A program made the translations under genes and the position numbers. Positions 1 to 9,034 of a stretch of 64,000 nucleotides of DNA are shown here, one piece after another. Under the pieces are notes generated by a model. It had not been told where the DNA came from and made no database searches. It saw only the letters and a list, made by a program, of their open reading frames with translations. The stretch is taken from NCBI GenBank assembly GCA_014382695.1, contig JACNJF010000194.1, positions 861 to 64,860 of the forward strand, written 5' to 3'. Positions within the stretch are counted from its first letter, which is position 1, and the number at the start of each line of letters is the position of its first letter. The DNA is from Gammaproteobacteria bacterium. Lineage in GTDB: Bacteria; Pseudomonadota; Gammaproteobacteria; GCA-001735895.

Positions 1-284
1 GTAGTGCGGTATTCATGGAAGAGCAAGGCCATGCTTTGAATATGCGATATAGCCGACGCAAACACAATATTATCTGGTCCGATGATGTGCTGACGCAGGA
101 GGCGCTGGATTGTCTGGATGGGTTTCTGGAGTCGGACTCACCCTACCATGTACGCTACCGTCTGAATCAGGGCGAAGGTGTTATGTGTAATAATGTATTG
201 CATACACGCACTGCCTTTACCGACAGTGCTGAACATAAGCGAGTTTATTATCGGGCTCGATACTACAACCGAATTGAATGTTAG
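1..284 (+). CDS. C-terminal fragment of a TauD/TfdA-family Fe(II)/2-oxoglutarate dioxygenase-like protein (ORF open to window edge)
   Basis: Reading frame open from position 3 to the stop at 284. C-terminal pattern N-x-x-L-H-x-R-T-A-F ... R-x-Y-Y-R-A-R-Y resembles the conserved C-terminus of TauD/TfdA dioxygenases. First gene of a tightly spaced three-gene cluster. Confidence 0.4.
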   Translation, partial: SAVFMEEQGHALNMRYSRRKHNIIWSDDVLTQEALDCLDGFLESDSPYHVRYRLNQGEGVMCNNVLHTRTAFTDSAEHKRVYYRARYYNRIEC

Positions 285-296
285 AGAGAGAATTTT

Positions 297-485
297 ATGC
301 TGTGGCTAAGTGAAGTACTACTGCAAAACCCGCAACTGGAGTCGTTTGAAGATCTACAGGATGTCATTTCTAAGCGCGCGGCTGCGGGAGAGCGTTTTTT
401 CAGAATGGATTTAAAACCGCCGTTCAGCGATACCCCCGGAAACTGGGAAGATCGCCTGGAAGCTGTTTTTACCGCAGTACGCTAA
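297..485 (+). CDS. hypothetical 62-aa protein, second gene of the 5' operon
   Basis: Starts 12 nt after the upstream stop, with a GAGAG purine-rich tract just upstream. No recognisable motif. Confidence 0.35.
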   Translation: MLWLSEVLLQNPQLESFEDLQDVISKRAAAGERFFRMDLKPPFSDTPGNWEDRLEAVFTAVR

Positions 486-503
486 AGCAGGGGAGTCAAT
501 TCT

Positions 504-1196
504 ATGTACTGGCAGGAAGATCAGGATAAAGGTGAGCACTTCGTTGTTCCAGATGATGTAGTGGACCTACTGTTCAGTATCGAGTGCAGAGATCTGCCGC
601 TGGATCATGGCTTTGTACTGTCACAGCAGATCATAAAAAATCTGCCCTGGATACAGGAAGAGCCGCAGGCAGGCATCCATCAGATACATGTGGCCGAATC
701 GGCGAATGGCTGGATGCGTCCGGAAAATACTGAAACCGAAGTGCTGTGTGTTTCTCGTCGTACTAAAATGACACTACGATTGCCAGCCAGCAGACTGGAT
801 GAGGCAACAGCATTGACTGGAAAAACGCTCGACATACAGGGCCATGCGTTGACGGTAGGGCGTTTCTCTACCCGCAAACTGAGTCGATTAACCACTATAT
901 TTGCGCGTTATGTGGATACCCTCGGTAGCGATGACGAAACCGAGTTCCTGGAGTCGATGCAGCAACAACTGTTGCAGAAAGGCATCCGGGTTAAGAAGAT
1001 GATGAGTGGAAGGCTGCTCACCCATCAAAGCGATGAAGGCATCATCCTCACCCGTAAACTGATGGTTAGCGACCTGACCGTTGAAGAGTCTGTGCTGCTG
1101 CAGGAGCAGGGCATAGGCGACCGAAAATTAATGGGAATGGGTATCTTTATGCCACATAAGGGCATAGATGCGGTGAATAAAAAGCAGGAAGGCTAG
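504..1196 (+). CDS. 230-aa hypothetical protein with a C-terminal Cas6/RAMP-like glycine-rich loop (GIGDRKLMGMGIF)
   Basis: C-terminus carries G-h-G-x5-G-h-G-h, which matches the canonical Cas6 G-rich loop in both position and spacing. Size fits Cas6-type proteins. No CRISPR array anywhere in the window. Confidence 0.45.
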   Translation: MYWQEDQDKGEHFVVPDDVVDLLFSIECRDLPLDHGFVLSQQIIKNLPWIQEEPQAGIHQIHVAESANGWMRPENTETEVLCVSRRTKMTLRLPASRLDEATALTGKTLDIQGHALTVGRFSTRKLSRLTTIFARYVDTLGSDDETEFLESMQQQLLQKGIRVKKMMSGRLLTHQSDEGIILTRKLMVSDLTVEESVLLQEQGIGDRKLMGMGIFMPHKGIDAVNKKQEG

Positions 1197-1301
1197 TCAC
1201 TTACTATAACCAATGGGATAAGTGACTTTTCTAAAAACTTGTGGGAAAGTACTGCCCGAATTATTCCATTGATAACAACTTAACGATATTGAGGCATACC
1301 T

Positions 1302-1622
1302 ATGGCACTTGAGTCAGTCGAAAGAACAGAAAAAGGTTACCTGGTCAATTCAAATGACTGGAATGAAGAAATCGCAGCAGAGCTTTTTGCAGAAGAAGGC
1401 ATTACTCCTACCAAAGAACACTGGGATATCATCAAGTACGTGCGTGAGGAAACGCTGGGTGGAGATGAGCCGAATGAGCGTAGCATCATGAAAGCGATGG
1501 GCAAGATCTGGGGGCGCAAGGTGAGCTCGAAGGAAATGTATGAAATGTTTCCCCTTATGCCGTCCAAGCAGGGTCTGAAGATTGGTGGTTGTCCGCAAAG
1601 TACCCGTAAAGGCGGTTATTGA
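1302..1622 (+). CDS. DsrC/TusE/RspA-family protein, atypical C-terminus
   Basis: EKGYLVNSNDW ... EHWDIIKYVRE ... MFPLMPSKQ aligns with DsrC/TusE family motifs (EEGYL..W, EEHWDII.FLREYY, LFPYGPAKQ). The C-terminal arm ends GGCPQSTRKGGY instead of C..GLPKPTGCV. Confidence 0.8.
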   Translation: MALESVERTEKGYLVNSNDWNEEIAAELFAEEGITPTKEHWDIIKYVREETLGGDEPNERSIMKAMGKIWGRKVSSKEMYEMFPLMPSKQGLKIGGCPQSTRKGGY

Positions 1623-1769
1623 TTCAAGATTTTCTGTGAGAGTATTGCTGAAGTAGTGGATAAAAAGGTATTTTCTACCACCTTAGTAATAGTGACGTAA
1701 AGCGACTATTCGCTTACTCTTTCGCCATCTTACAGGTTTATTAGCACACAGTTTGCAGAGGAAGAATTT

Positions 1770-1973
1770 ATGAGCGACAAAGCGGCAAAGATTCAAGAGC
1801 TGATCGAAATGCAGAAAAAATTTATTGCATACGAACAAAAAAATGGCGTTAACTTCAAAGACTATTTCACACCAGAAGCTGGTCATGAGTTAGATGGTTA
1901 CCGTCAATCTTATATGGATAAGGCGATGGAACTGGTCGATATTGCGCATGCGGAAAAAGGATCGCATCGTTAA
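1770..1973 (+). CDS. hypothetical 67-aa protein
   Basis: AGGAAGAATTT ribosome-binding site upstream. Followed immediately by a canonical intrinsic terminator. Confidence 0.5.
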   Translation: MSDKAAKIQELIEMQKKFIAYEQKNGVNFKDYFTPEAGHELDGYRQSYMDKAMELVDIAHAEKGSHR

Positions 1974-1997
1974 TCTACAATTTAATACCTGGTCCCA

Positions 1998-2027
1998 GAA
2001 AAGCCGCTTTCTAGCGGCTTTTTTTAT
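1998..2027 (+). terminator. rho-independent terminator (gaaaagccgc-tttct-agcggcttttttt)
   Basis: Perfect GC-rich inverted repeat followed by a T7 run, 25 nt after the stop codon. Confidence 0.75.
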
Positions 2028-2190
2028 GGCTGGCTCAAAAAGTTTTAAGCTTTATCTATAGCTCCTGTTATATGGTCAAAAGGGTGGGAATATAAATCAG
2101 ACGTGATTTAAGGTCTTTGTTCTATACTTTATTTATCTAAACCTGTTTACTCAGACTGGAACAACCTGAATCACACTAAAAACGGCACGT

Positions 2191-5100
2191 ATGATTTTAG
2201 CGCAACCATTAACTCGACCGGATATAGGGATGCATCAGTCTATCTCTGTTGGCATCAATGGCTTATTCCATGATCTCGAATATAGTTTAAGTTTACTTTT
2301 CAATATATTGATTTATTTAGTATTTGTATCAATATTTCTGCTGTCTTCTGTTGCATTTGCCAATCAGGCACCTGGTTTTGTGGCAACCTCTTTACTACGC
2401 GTAGCCCTCGATGATAACTATCCACCATACGTCATGCGTAGGACTGATGGTTCAGTTGAAGGTTACCTGATCGATGAATGGAAGTTGTGGGAAGCTAAAA
2501 CCGGTGTCAAAGTCGAGCTGATTGCGACGGACTGGGCGCAGGCAAAAAAAAACATGGCAGAGGGCCGCTCCGATGTGATTGATACTATCTTCCGCACGTC
2601 TGAGAGGGAAACCCGACTGGAATTCAGTGCGCCATACGCGACCTTGCCCGTTTCCATCTATACGATTTCGAAACTGCTCGGTATCAATGATATCAACGGA
2701 CTGGAAGGCTTTCGGGTGGGTGTAAAGGATGGTGATGCCTGTGTCGACAGGCTGCGTGCCGGCGGAATTACCGATATAAAGCCTTATACCGATTATGAAA
2801 CCCTGTTGCAGGCAGTTCTGGCTGAGAAGGTGCATGTTTTCTGTATGGATGATCCCCCTGCCAATTATCTTATTTTCCGGGCTGGAGCCGAACACAAGCT
2901 ACTCAAGGCTTTTAGCCTGTATAGCGGAGAGTTTCATCGTGCCGTGCGCAAAGGTGATAGCGCGACTCTGGCTCTGGTTGAGTCGGGATTTGCAGCGATT
3001 ACAGCGCCTGAGCGTGAAGCGTTGCAGGATAAGTGGATGGGACAGAGCCTGCAAAATCCATTGCTACGCAATCTCATTTATTACCTTGTTATTGCTGCGA
3101 TCCTGGCGGTGTTACTGCTGGTCGTATCACTCATACTTCGCCATCTGGTGAGAGTACGCACAGCCGCTCTGGTCACTTCACAAAATAAACTGCAGGCGAC
3201 ACTGGATGCGTTACCGGACCTCTTGTTTGAGATGGATATCAACGGGTGTTATCTCGCTTACCACTCTCCCCGCACCGATTTACTGGCGCTTCCTGTCGAG
3301 CATTTTCTGGGCAAGAAAAACGATGAATTATTGCCGCCCGAAGTGGCTAAAATTGGCATGGAGGCAATACAAGAAGCCGCACAAATGGGCTTTTCCTCGG
3401 GCCGCCAGTTTGAGTTAAGGCTCGGTGGTGTGATTCACTGGTTTGAGCTATCGGTTGCTCGAAAATCGGGTGAGGCTGGCAAACTTCCTTCCTTCGTCGT
3501 ACTTTCTCGTGATATCACCTCACGTAAGCTGGCAGAGTTACAGGTTGCCCGTTTGACCCGTCTATACGCAGCCTTAAGTCAGTGCAACCAGGCGATAGTA
3601 CGTTGCACAACTGAAGCTGAGCTGTTTACCCAGATTTGCCGCGATGCGGTGAATTTTGGTGGGATGAAAATGGCCTGGATCGGTTTGATGGACGAAACCA
3701 CCAACAGTGTTAATCCAGTGGCCGCTTTTGGCGAGGGAATTAAGTATCTGGAGGGACTGGAGATTTCCCTGGATGCGAATTCAGCCAGTGGTCGTGGCCC
3801 GACCGGAATCGCCTTACGCGAAGACCGGCCTTACTGGTGCCAGGATTTTGAGCAGGATCCGGCTACTGCACTTTGGCATGAGCGCGCTGCAGAGTTTGGC
3901 TGGAAATCATCGGCGGCATTACCTCTTTACCGCAACAATATCATCATCGGTGCCTTTAATCTGTATGAAGATAGTGTCGATGCGTTTGATGAGGCCGCGC
4001 AAAACCTGCTGGTCGAAATGGCAACCGATATCAGCTATGCGCTGACCAATTTTGCCCATCAGCAAGCGCGCCAGCAGGCGGAACATGAACGTGAACAGTT
4101 GCTGCAACGAGAACAGCAGGCACGCAATGAAGCCGATAAAACGCGCCGGACCATCAGCGATATCATCGGTAGAATCAGTGATGGCTTCGTCGCACTGGAC
4201 AGAAACTGGTGCTACACCTATGTCAATTCTCAGGCTGCTGAGATGTTTGATCGTAGCGTAGAACAACTAGTCGGTAAGCATATCTGGACAGAGTTCCCCG
4301 AAGGGGTGGGGCAAAAATTTCAACTGGCCTACGAAAAAGCGATGCATGAGCAGAAACCAGCTTTTTTTGAGGAGTATTATCCACCTTATAAGCGCTGGTT
4401 TGAGAATCACATCTATCCATCCCCGGATGGGATATCGATTTACTTTCACGATGTCACCGAACGCAAGCGCATAGAGCAGGCATTACGCGAAAGTGAACAG
4501 GCTTACCGCGCTACTTTTGAGCAGGCCGCTGTGGGTATTGCAAATGTAGCAGCCGATGGGACCTGGCTCGAGGTTAATAACCGGCTGGCTGAGATTGTCG
4601 GCTATACGCATGATGAGTTACTCGAGTTGACCTTTCAGGACATCACGCATCCGGCTGATCTACAGAAAGATCTGGACAGTGTGCATCGGTTACTGGCTGG
4701 AGAAATCGATACCTACAAAATGGAGAAGCGCTATATCCGTAAGTCAGGTGACTTCATATGGATACAGTTAACTGCTTCGCTGGTGAAAAATGATGACGGA
4801 TCGCCCAAATACTTTATTTCAGTAATAGAGGATATCCATCAGCGTAAACTTGATGAGGTTCAATTGCATAAATTGTCGATCGTGGTTGAGCAAAGCCCCA
4901 ATCCCATCATGATTACCGATCTGGACACCAAGATTGAGTATGTGAATGCAGCTTTCAATCAAGTCTCCGGTTACAGTTCAGACGAAGCGCTGGGGAAAAC
5001 ACCGCAATTATTAAAATCAGGCGAGACTCCCATCGAGGTCTATCAGGATATGTGGGCACATCTTTTACGCGGTGAGGTATGGCGTGGAGAACTAACCAAT

Positions 5101-6531
5101 CAACGCAAGGATGGCAGCGTGTATGACGAGCTGGCGATCATTTCGCCGGTGCGTGATGCCAATGGAACTATCACCAATTATCTCGGCATCAAGGAAAACA
5201 TTACCGAGAAAAAGCATGCTGAAGCGCGCATTCAGCAACTGGCCTATTTTGACCAACTCACCGGCCTGCCCAATCGCAGCCAGTTGATTGACCGCTTCAA
5301 TTCTGCACTCAGTTTTGCGCAACGTAATACTGAGAAATTGGCGCTCATGTTTCTGGATCTGGATCATTTCAAGAATATCAATGACACCCTGGGGCATAGT
5401 ATTGGAGATAAATTACTGGTAAAGGTTGCGCACCGGCTTAAACGTATCCTGCGCGAAGAGGACACTTTATCGAGGCTGGGCGGTGATGAGTTCATCCTGT
5501 TATTGCCAAATACCGAGGAAGATGAAGCGCGCCAGATTGCGATTAAACTGATTGAAGCGATTGCTCTACCGTTTCAGCTTGATCAGTATGAACTGGGAAG
5601 TACGCTGTCGATAGGTATTGCGATCTACCCGCTTGATGGCGAAGACTTTGAAACACTGCTACGCAATGCGGATACCGCAATGTACCGGGTGAAACAGGCC
5701 GCGCGTAACGATTTCTGTTTCTTTACCGAGGAGATGCAACTGCATTCTGCGCGCGCATTGAAACTACTGAATGCATTACGTCATGCGCTGGCACGGAATG
5801 AACTGCAGCTACATTATCAGCCACAAATAGAGTTGGTCAGTGGAAGGGTGATTGGTGCGGAAGCCTTACTGCGTTGGAACAATGCTGAGCTGGGTATGAT
5901 TTCACCGGCTGAGTTTATCCCGATTGCGGAAGAGAGTGGACTGATTTTACCGATCGGTGAATGGGTGTTGCGCAGCGCAGTGACTCAGATGAAGCGCTGG
6001 ATGGATGACGGCCTGGCACCGATTGTCGTAGCCGTGAATCTGTCCGTGGTGCAGTTTCGTCATCCTAATCTGACCGACCTGGTCACACGGATACTGAAAC
6101 AGGCTGGTTTGCCGGCGCAGTATCTGGAGCTGGAGTTGACCGAGGCGGTTGCGATGAAAGATCCACAGGGTGCTATTGGAGTGATGAACCGATTGCATGA
6201 GCAAGGTATCCAGATGTCGATCGATGACTTTGGAACCGGTTATTCCAGTTTGAGTTATCTAAAGAAATTCAAGATTGCCAAACTCAAAATCGACCAGTCA
6301 TTTGTACGCGATATTATTGATGATCCGGATGATAGGGCGATTGTGGTTGCGATCATCAATCTGGCCCGTAGTCTGGGTATCCAAACCCTTGCCGAAGGGG
6401 TCGAAACGGAGCATCAGCAGTCACTCCTGCAGGCCCAGGGCTGTGATGAAGTGCAGGGTTATTACTACAGCAGACCGCTGCCGGCGGATCAGTTTGAAGC
6501 CTATGTGCGGAATAAGACAGGCTTAAATTGA
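2191..6531 (+). CDS. multidomain sensor diguanylate cyclase/phosphodiesterase: periplasmic solute-binding-like domain, TM, PAS/GAF/PAS arrays, GGDEF, EAL
   Basis: N-terminal hydrophobic segment followed by a periplasmic domain with type-3 solute-binding-protein-like motifs. RLGGDEF with an upstream RxxD I-site (REED). EAL signatures AEALLRW, DDFGTGYSS and EGVE. PAS-like repeats (ITERKRIEQ etc.). N-terminal start codon uncertain. Confidence 0.9.
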   Translation: MILAQPLTRPDIGMHQSISVGINGLFHDLEYSLSLLFNILIYLVFVSIFLLSSVAFANQAPGFVATSLLRVALDDNYPPYVMRRTDGSVEGYLIDEWKLWEAKTGVKVELIATDWAQAKKNMAEGRSDVIDTIFRTSERETRLEFSAPYATLPVSIYTISKLLGINDINGLEGFRVGVKDGDACVDRLRAGGITDIKPYTDYETLLQAVLAEKVHVFCMDDPPANYLIFRAGAEHKLLKAFSLYSGEFHRAVRKGDSATLALVESGFAAITAPEREALQDKWMGQSLQNPLLRNLIYYLVIAAILAVLLLVVSLILRHLVRVRTAALVTSQNKLQATLDALPDLLFEMDINGCYLAYHSPRTDLLALPVEHFLGKKNDELLPPEVAKIGMEAIQEAAQMGFSSGRQFELRLGGVIHWFELSVARKSGEAGKLPSFVVLSRDITSRKLAELQVARLTRLYAALSQCNQAIVRCTTEAELFTQICRDAVNFGGMKMAWIGLMDETTNSVNPVAAFGEGIKYLEGLEISLDANSASGRGPTGIALREDRPYWCQDFEQDPATALWHERAAEFGWKSSAALPLYRNNIIIGAFNLYEDSVDAFDEAAQNLLVEMATDISYALTNFAHQQARQQAEHEREQLLQREQQARNEADKTRRTISDIIGRISDGFVALDRNWCYTYVNSQAAEMFDRSVEQLVGKHIWTEFPEGVGQKFQLAYEKAMHEQKPAFFEEYYPPYKRWFENHIYPSPDGISIYFHDVTERKRIEQALRESEQAYRATFEQAAVGIANVAADGTWLEVNNRLAEIVGYTHDELLELTFQDITHPADLQKDLDSVHRLLAGEIDTYKMEKRYIRKSGDFIWIQLTASLVKNDDGSPKYFISVIEDIHQRKLDEVQLHKLSIVVEQSPNPIMITDLDTKIEYVNAAFNQVSGYSSDEALGKTPQLLKSGETPIEVYQDMWAHLLRGEVWRGELTNQRKDGSVYDELAIISPVRDANGTITNYLGIKENITEKKHAEARIQQLAYFDQLTGLPNRSQLIDRFNSALSFAQRNTEKLALMFLDLDHFKNINDTLGHSIGDKLLVKVAHRLKRILREEDTLSRLGGDEFILLLPNTEEDEARQIAIKLIEAIALPFQLDQYELGSTLSIGIAIYPLDGEDFETLLRNADTAMYRVKQAARNDFCFFTEEMQLHSARALKLLNALRHALARNELQLHYQPQIELVSGRVIGAEALLRWNNAELGMISPAEFIPIAEESGLILPIGEWVLRSAVTQMKRWMDDGLAPIVVAVNLSVVQFRHPNLTDLVTRILKQAGLPAQYLELELTEAVAMKDPQGAIGVMNRLHEQGIQMSIDDFGTGYSSLSYLKKFKIAKLKIDQSFVRDIIDDPDDRAIVVAIINLARSLGIQTLAEGVETEHQQSLLQAQGCDEVQGYYYSRPLPADQFEAYVRNKTGLN

Positions 6532-6547
6532 TGTTGTCTCGATCCGC

Positions 6548-7219
6548 TTAAAGTTCGACCCAGCGCCGCACCAGATTATTAAAGGTAGCACTAATCTTAC
6601 GGGTCGCTTCTGAGTTGGGTAATTCTTTATACAGCATTTCACGTGCCTGATTCAGCTCGTAAAGCATTTCGCGTTTTGCTGGATCGCGCACGGTACTTTG
6701 TGACCAGGTGACCGCAACCAGTCGAACTCCACTGGTAACCGGCGCGACATAATGACGACTATGCGACGGGTACATCACTGCAGAACCGGCTTGCAGCTTG
6801 ATCTGCCTTTCACCATAGCTATCCATGATGGTCAGTTCGCCCCCTTCATAGTCTTCCGGATCGGATAAGAAAATGGTGGTTGAGACATCGGTGCGGTAGA
6901 GTTCTCCCTGACCCATGATCGGATCATCGACATGTTCACCATACGCCATACCCTGTTCATAACGCACATAAAACGGGGCCGCGACACGTTTTGGCCACAC
7001 CACCGCCTTAAATTTCGGGTGGCGCACCAGGTTACCCATTACCAATTCATTGAGTTCATTAAAATGGCTCGATTGCGGATTCATTTCCTGATTATTTTTG
7101 ACCCCCCTGGCCATCATGCCTGCAGAAAGCCTGCCATCGACGAAAGGGGAATCCTGCAGTAACTGCCTTATTTTAGTCAGGTTTTGTGCGGATATAAGGT
7201 GATCAATAGAAGCTAACAT
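6548..7219 (-). CDS. piuC: PKHD-type Fe(II)/2OG hydroxylase (PiuC/YbiX family)
   Basis: Near-colinear similarity to E. coli YbiX (e.g. GGELTIMDSYGERQIKLQAGSAVMYPSHSRHYV; NLVRRWVEL C-terminus). Confidence 0.9.
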   Translation of the reverse strand: MLASIDHLISAQNLTKIRQLLQDSPFVDGRLSAGMMARGVKNNQEMNPQSSHFNELNELVMGNLVRHPKFKAVVWPKRVAAPFYVRYEQGMAYGEHVDDPIMGQGELYRTDVSTTIFLSDPEDYEGGELTIMDSYGERQIKLQAGSAVMYPSHSRHYVAPVTSGVRLVAVTWSQSTVRDPAKREMLYELNQAREMLYKELPNSEATRKISATFNNLVRRWVEL

Positions 7220-7226
7220 AGGTATA

Positions 7227-7574
7227 ATGACTCAAAAATTGACAGGAAAACGCATGATACTGAATATCCTAATTGAAGACCAAAGTTATCCCGTGGAAGT
7301 GCCGGAGGCGATTGTGATGGAAGCCGGTGATTATTTTCAGACTCTGGACAAAGATATGGACAAGGGCTGGCAGATGAGTCGAAGCTGGGTGGATAAGCCC
7401 AATGTCGAGCAGCGTTGTCAGATCGTGGCCGACCGGATTCTGGGTGCATTTGAGCAGGAAAATAAAGCCTCACTGGTGATGCTGTCGGCGTATATCCTGT
7501 CGCGCTACCCGAGCGTGAAGAGCGTTTCGATTAGTACCGATGGTGAAATGCAGGAAACTTCTTTCGACTTTTAA
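7227..7574 (+). CDS. hypothetical 115-aa protein (divergent from piuC)
   Basis: Intact ORF with no recognisable motif. Confidence 0.45.
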   Translation: MTQKLTGKRMILNILIEDQSYPVEVPEAIVMEAGDYFQTLDKDMDKGWQMSRSWVDKPNVEQRCQIVADRILGAFEQENKASLVMLSAYILSRYPSVKSVSISTDGEMQETSFDF

Positions 7575-7655
7575 AGGTTTTTTTTAAATCCAGGCTGCGC
7601 TGTCTTGCTAACCCGCTTAGCAATGCTGTTCTGACGGTGCCCATCGAAACGGTGT

Positions 7656-8657
7656 ATGGTGTTGAAGCAAATTTACCTCTCTCTGATATTCCTGTTCAGC
7701 GTGCCGTTAAGCGCGCAGACGGCTTGCTGGGAGATAGAAAATAACGACCAGCGTCTGGCTTGCTACGACCAGCAGGAACAAGCTGCCGAAGACGCGCTAC
7801 CTCTGGACCGGATCAAAAGCCGGAAAACACCGGAGGAGGGTGAATACTCGCTGTTGAATGAGCGCTGGGAGCTGGATCAGGATCTGGTGCAATACGCCTT
7901 TCGTGCCTATAAACCGGTTTATTTTCTGCCTATTGCCTACAGCTCAGATGTGAATACATCACCACGCACCAATAATCCCATCACAAGCGTTACCGATGAA
8001 CTCAACATCGATCATCTGGAAGCGCGACTGCAGCTCAGTTTCAAAACCAAATTGATCAACGATGTGATTGGTGATAATGGGGATCTGTGGTTCGGCTATA
8101 CCCAGTCATCACACTGGCAACTGTACAATACCGCAGAGTCGCGCGCGTTCCGTGAAACCAATCATGAGCCCGAGTTCATGTTTGTGTGGCGTACCGATTA
8201 CAGCCTGTTCGGTTTTCATGGCAGGATGCTCAGTTTGAGCCTGAATCATCAATCCAACGGTCAGGATGAACCCCTTTCACGTAGCTGGAACCGCATTATT
8301 CTGACCGTCGGTTTTGACCGTCCGGACTGGGTGGTGCAACTGCGCCCCTGGTGGCGGATACCGGAACGGTCTGCGGAAGAGGATGAAAACCCGGATATTG
8401 AAGATAGTATTGGGCGTGGCGAACTGCTGATCGTTCACCGCAAGAAAAACTCACATCAGATTGCGACCCAGATACGTCACTCATTCGAGCGTCTGGAACA
8501 GGCTCAGGGGTCGATTAAGGTGGACTGGTCTTATCCCTGTTTTCATCGACTGCGCTGTCATGCTCAGGTCTTTCACGGCTATGGTGAAAGCCTGATCGAC
8601 TTTAATCATAAAACCACCAGTGTTGGCCTCGGTGTCGCCTTAGTGGAATGGTTTTAA
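7656..8657 (+). CDS. pldA: outer-membrane phospholipase A1 (OMPLA)
   Basis: Signal peptide. Catalytic block LNHQSNGQDEPLSRSWNRI matches the OMPLA His-Ser-Asn triad region (E. coli NHDSNGRSDPTSRSWNRLY). C-terminal YGESLIDFN identical in style to E. coli PldA. Confidence 0.92.
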   Translation: MVLKQIYLSLIFLFSVPLSAQTACWEIENNDQRLACYDQQEQAAEDALPLDRIKSRKTPEEGEYSLLNERWELDQDLVQYAFRAYKPVYFLPIAYSSDVNTSPRTNNPITSVTDELNIDHLEARLQLSFKTKLINDVIGDNGDLWFGYTQSSHWQLYNTAESRAFRETNHEPEFMFVWRTDYSLFGFHGRMLSLSLNHQSNGQDEPLSRSWNRIILTVGFDRPDWVVQLRPWWRIPERSAEEDENPDIEDSIGRGELLIVHRKKNSHQIATQIRHSFERLEQAQGSIKVDWSYPCFHRLRCHAQVFHGYGESLIDFNHKTTSVGLGVALVEWF

Positions 8658-9034
8658 GTTTTTCTCAATAGCGCTTACGTGCGATAGTTTATTGTTTAAA
8701 ACGACCACTTCAGTGCAAAGCTGACAGTCTATTTTAAGAAAGTCTGGTTATTTAAATTACTCACGCTTCCAGAGGTGCGCCATTTAATTCTGGATGTTAT
8801 AGGAAACAGGGGTTTCAGGCATTATCGCCAGGTGTCTACTATCTACCAATGGCTCTTTCTTCTTTTATCCACGTTAAGCCCTGTAATTTTCAATTTAACA
8901 GTGGTTTAAACTCTAAATGTCTCACTACATGAAGGCGTTCAACAAAATTATTAGCAAGTAGCCACAAGTTATTAGAACAGGAATAAGTCTCATTTATACT
9001 GCATCCATTCATAGTCACCCACCAGGTATACAGT

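Noticed and set aside
2452-2895. 147-aa minus-strand ORF (and many similar antisense ORFs, e.g. 9979-10503, 10855-11205, 38442-39020, 39740-40195, 43149-43556, 49815-50261)
   Set aside because: Each lies entirely inside a longer ORF on the opposite strand that has strong homology (sensor protein, maeB, vWA protein, SulP, lipoprotein). They are typical shadow ORFs with no ribosome-binding site and odd composition.
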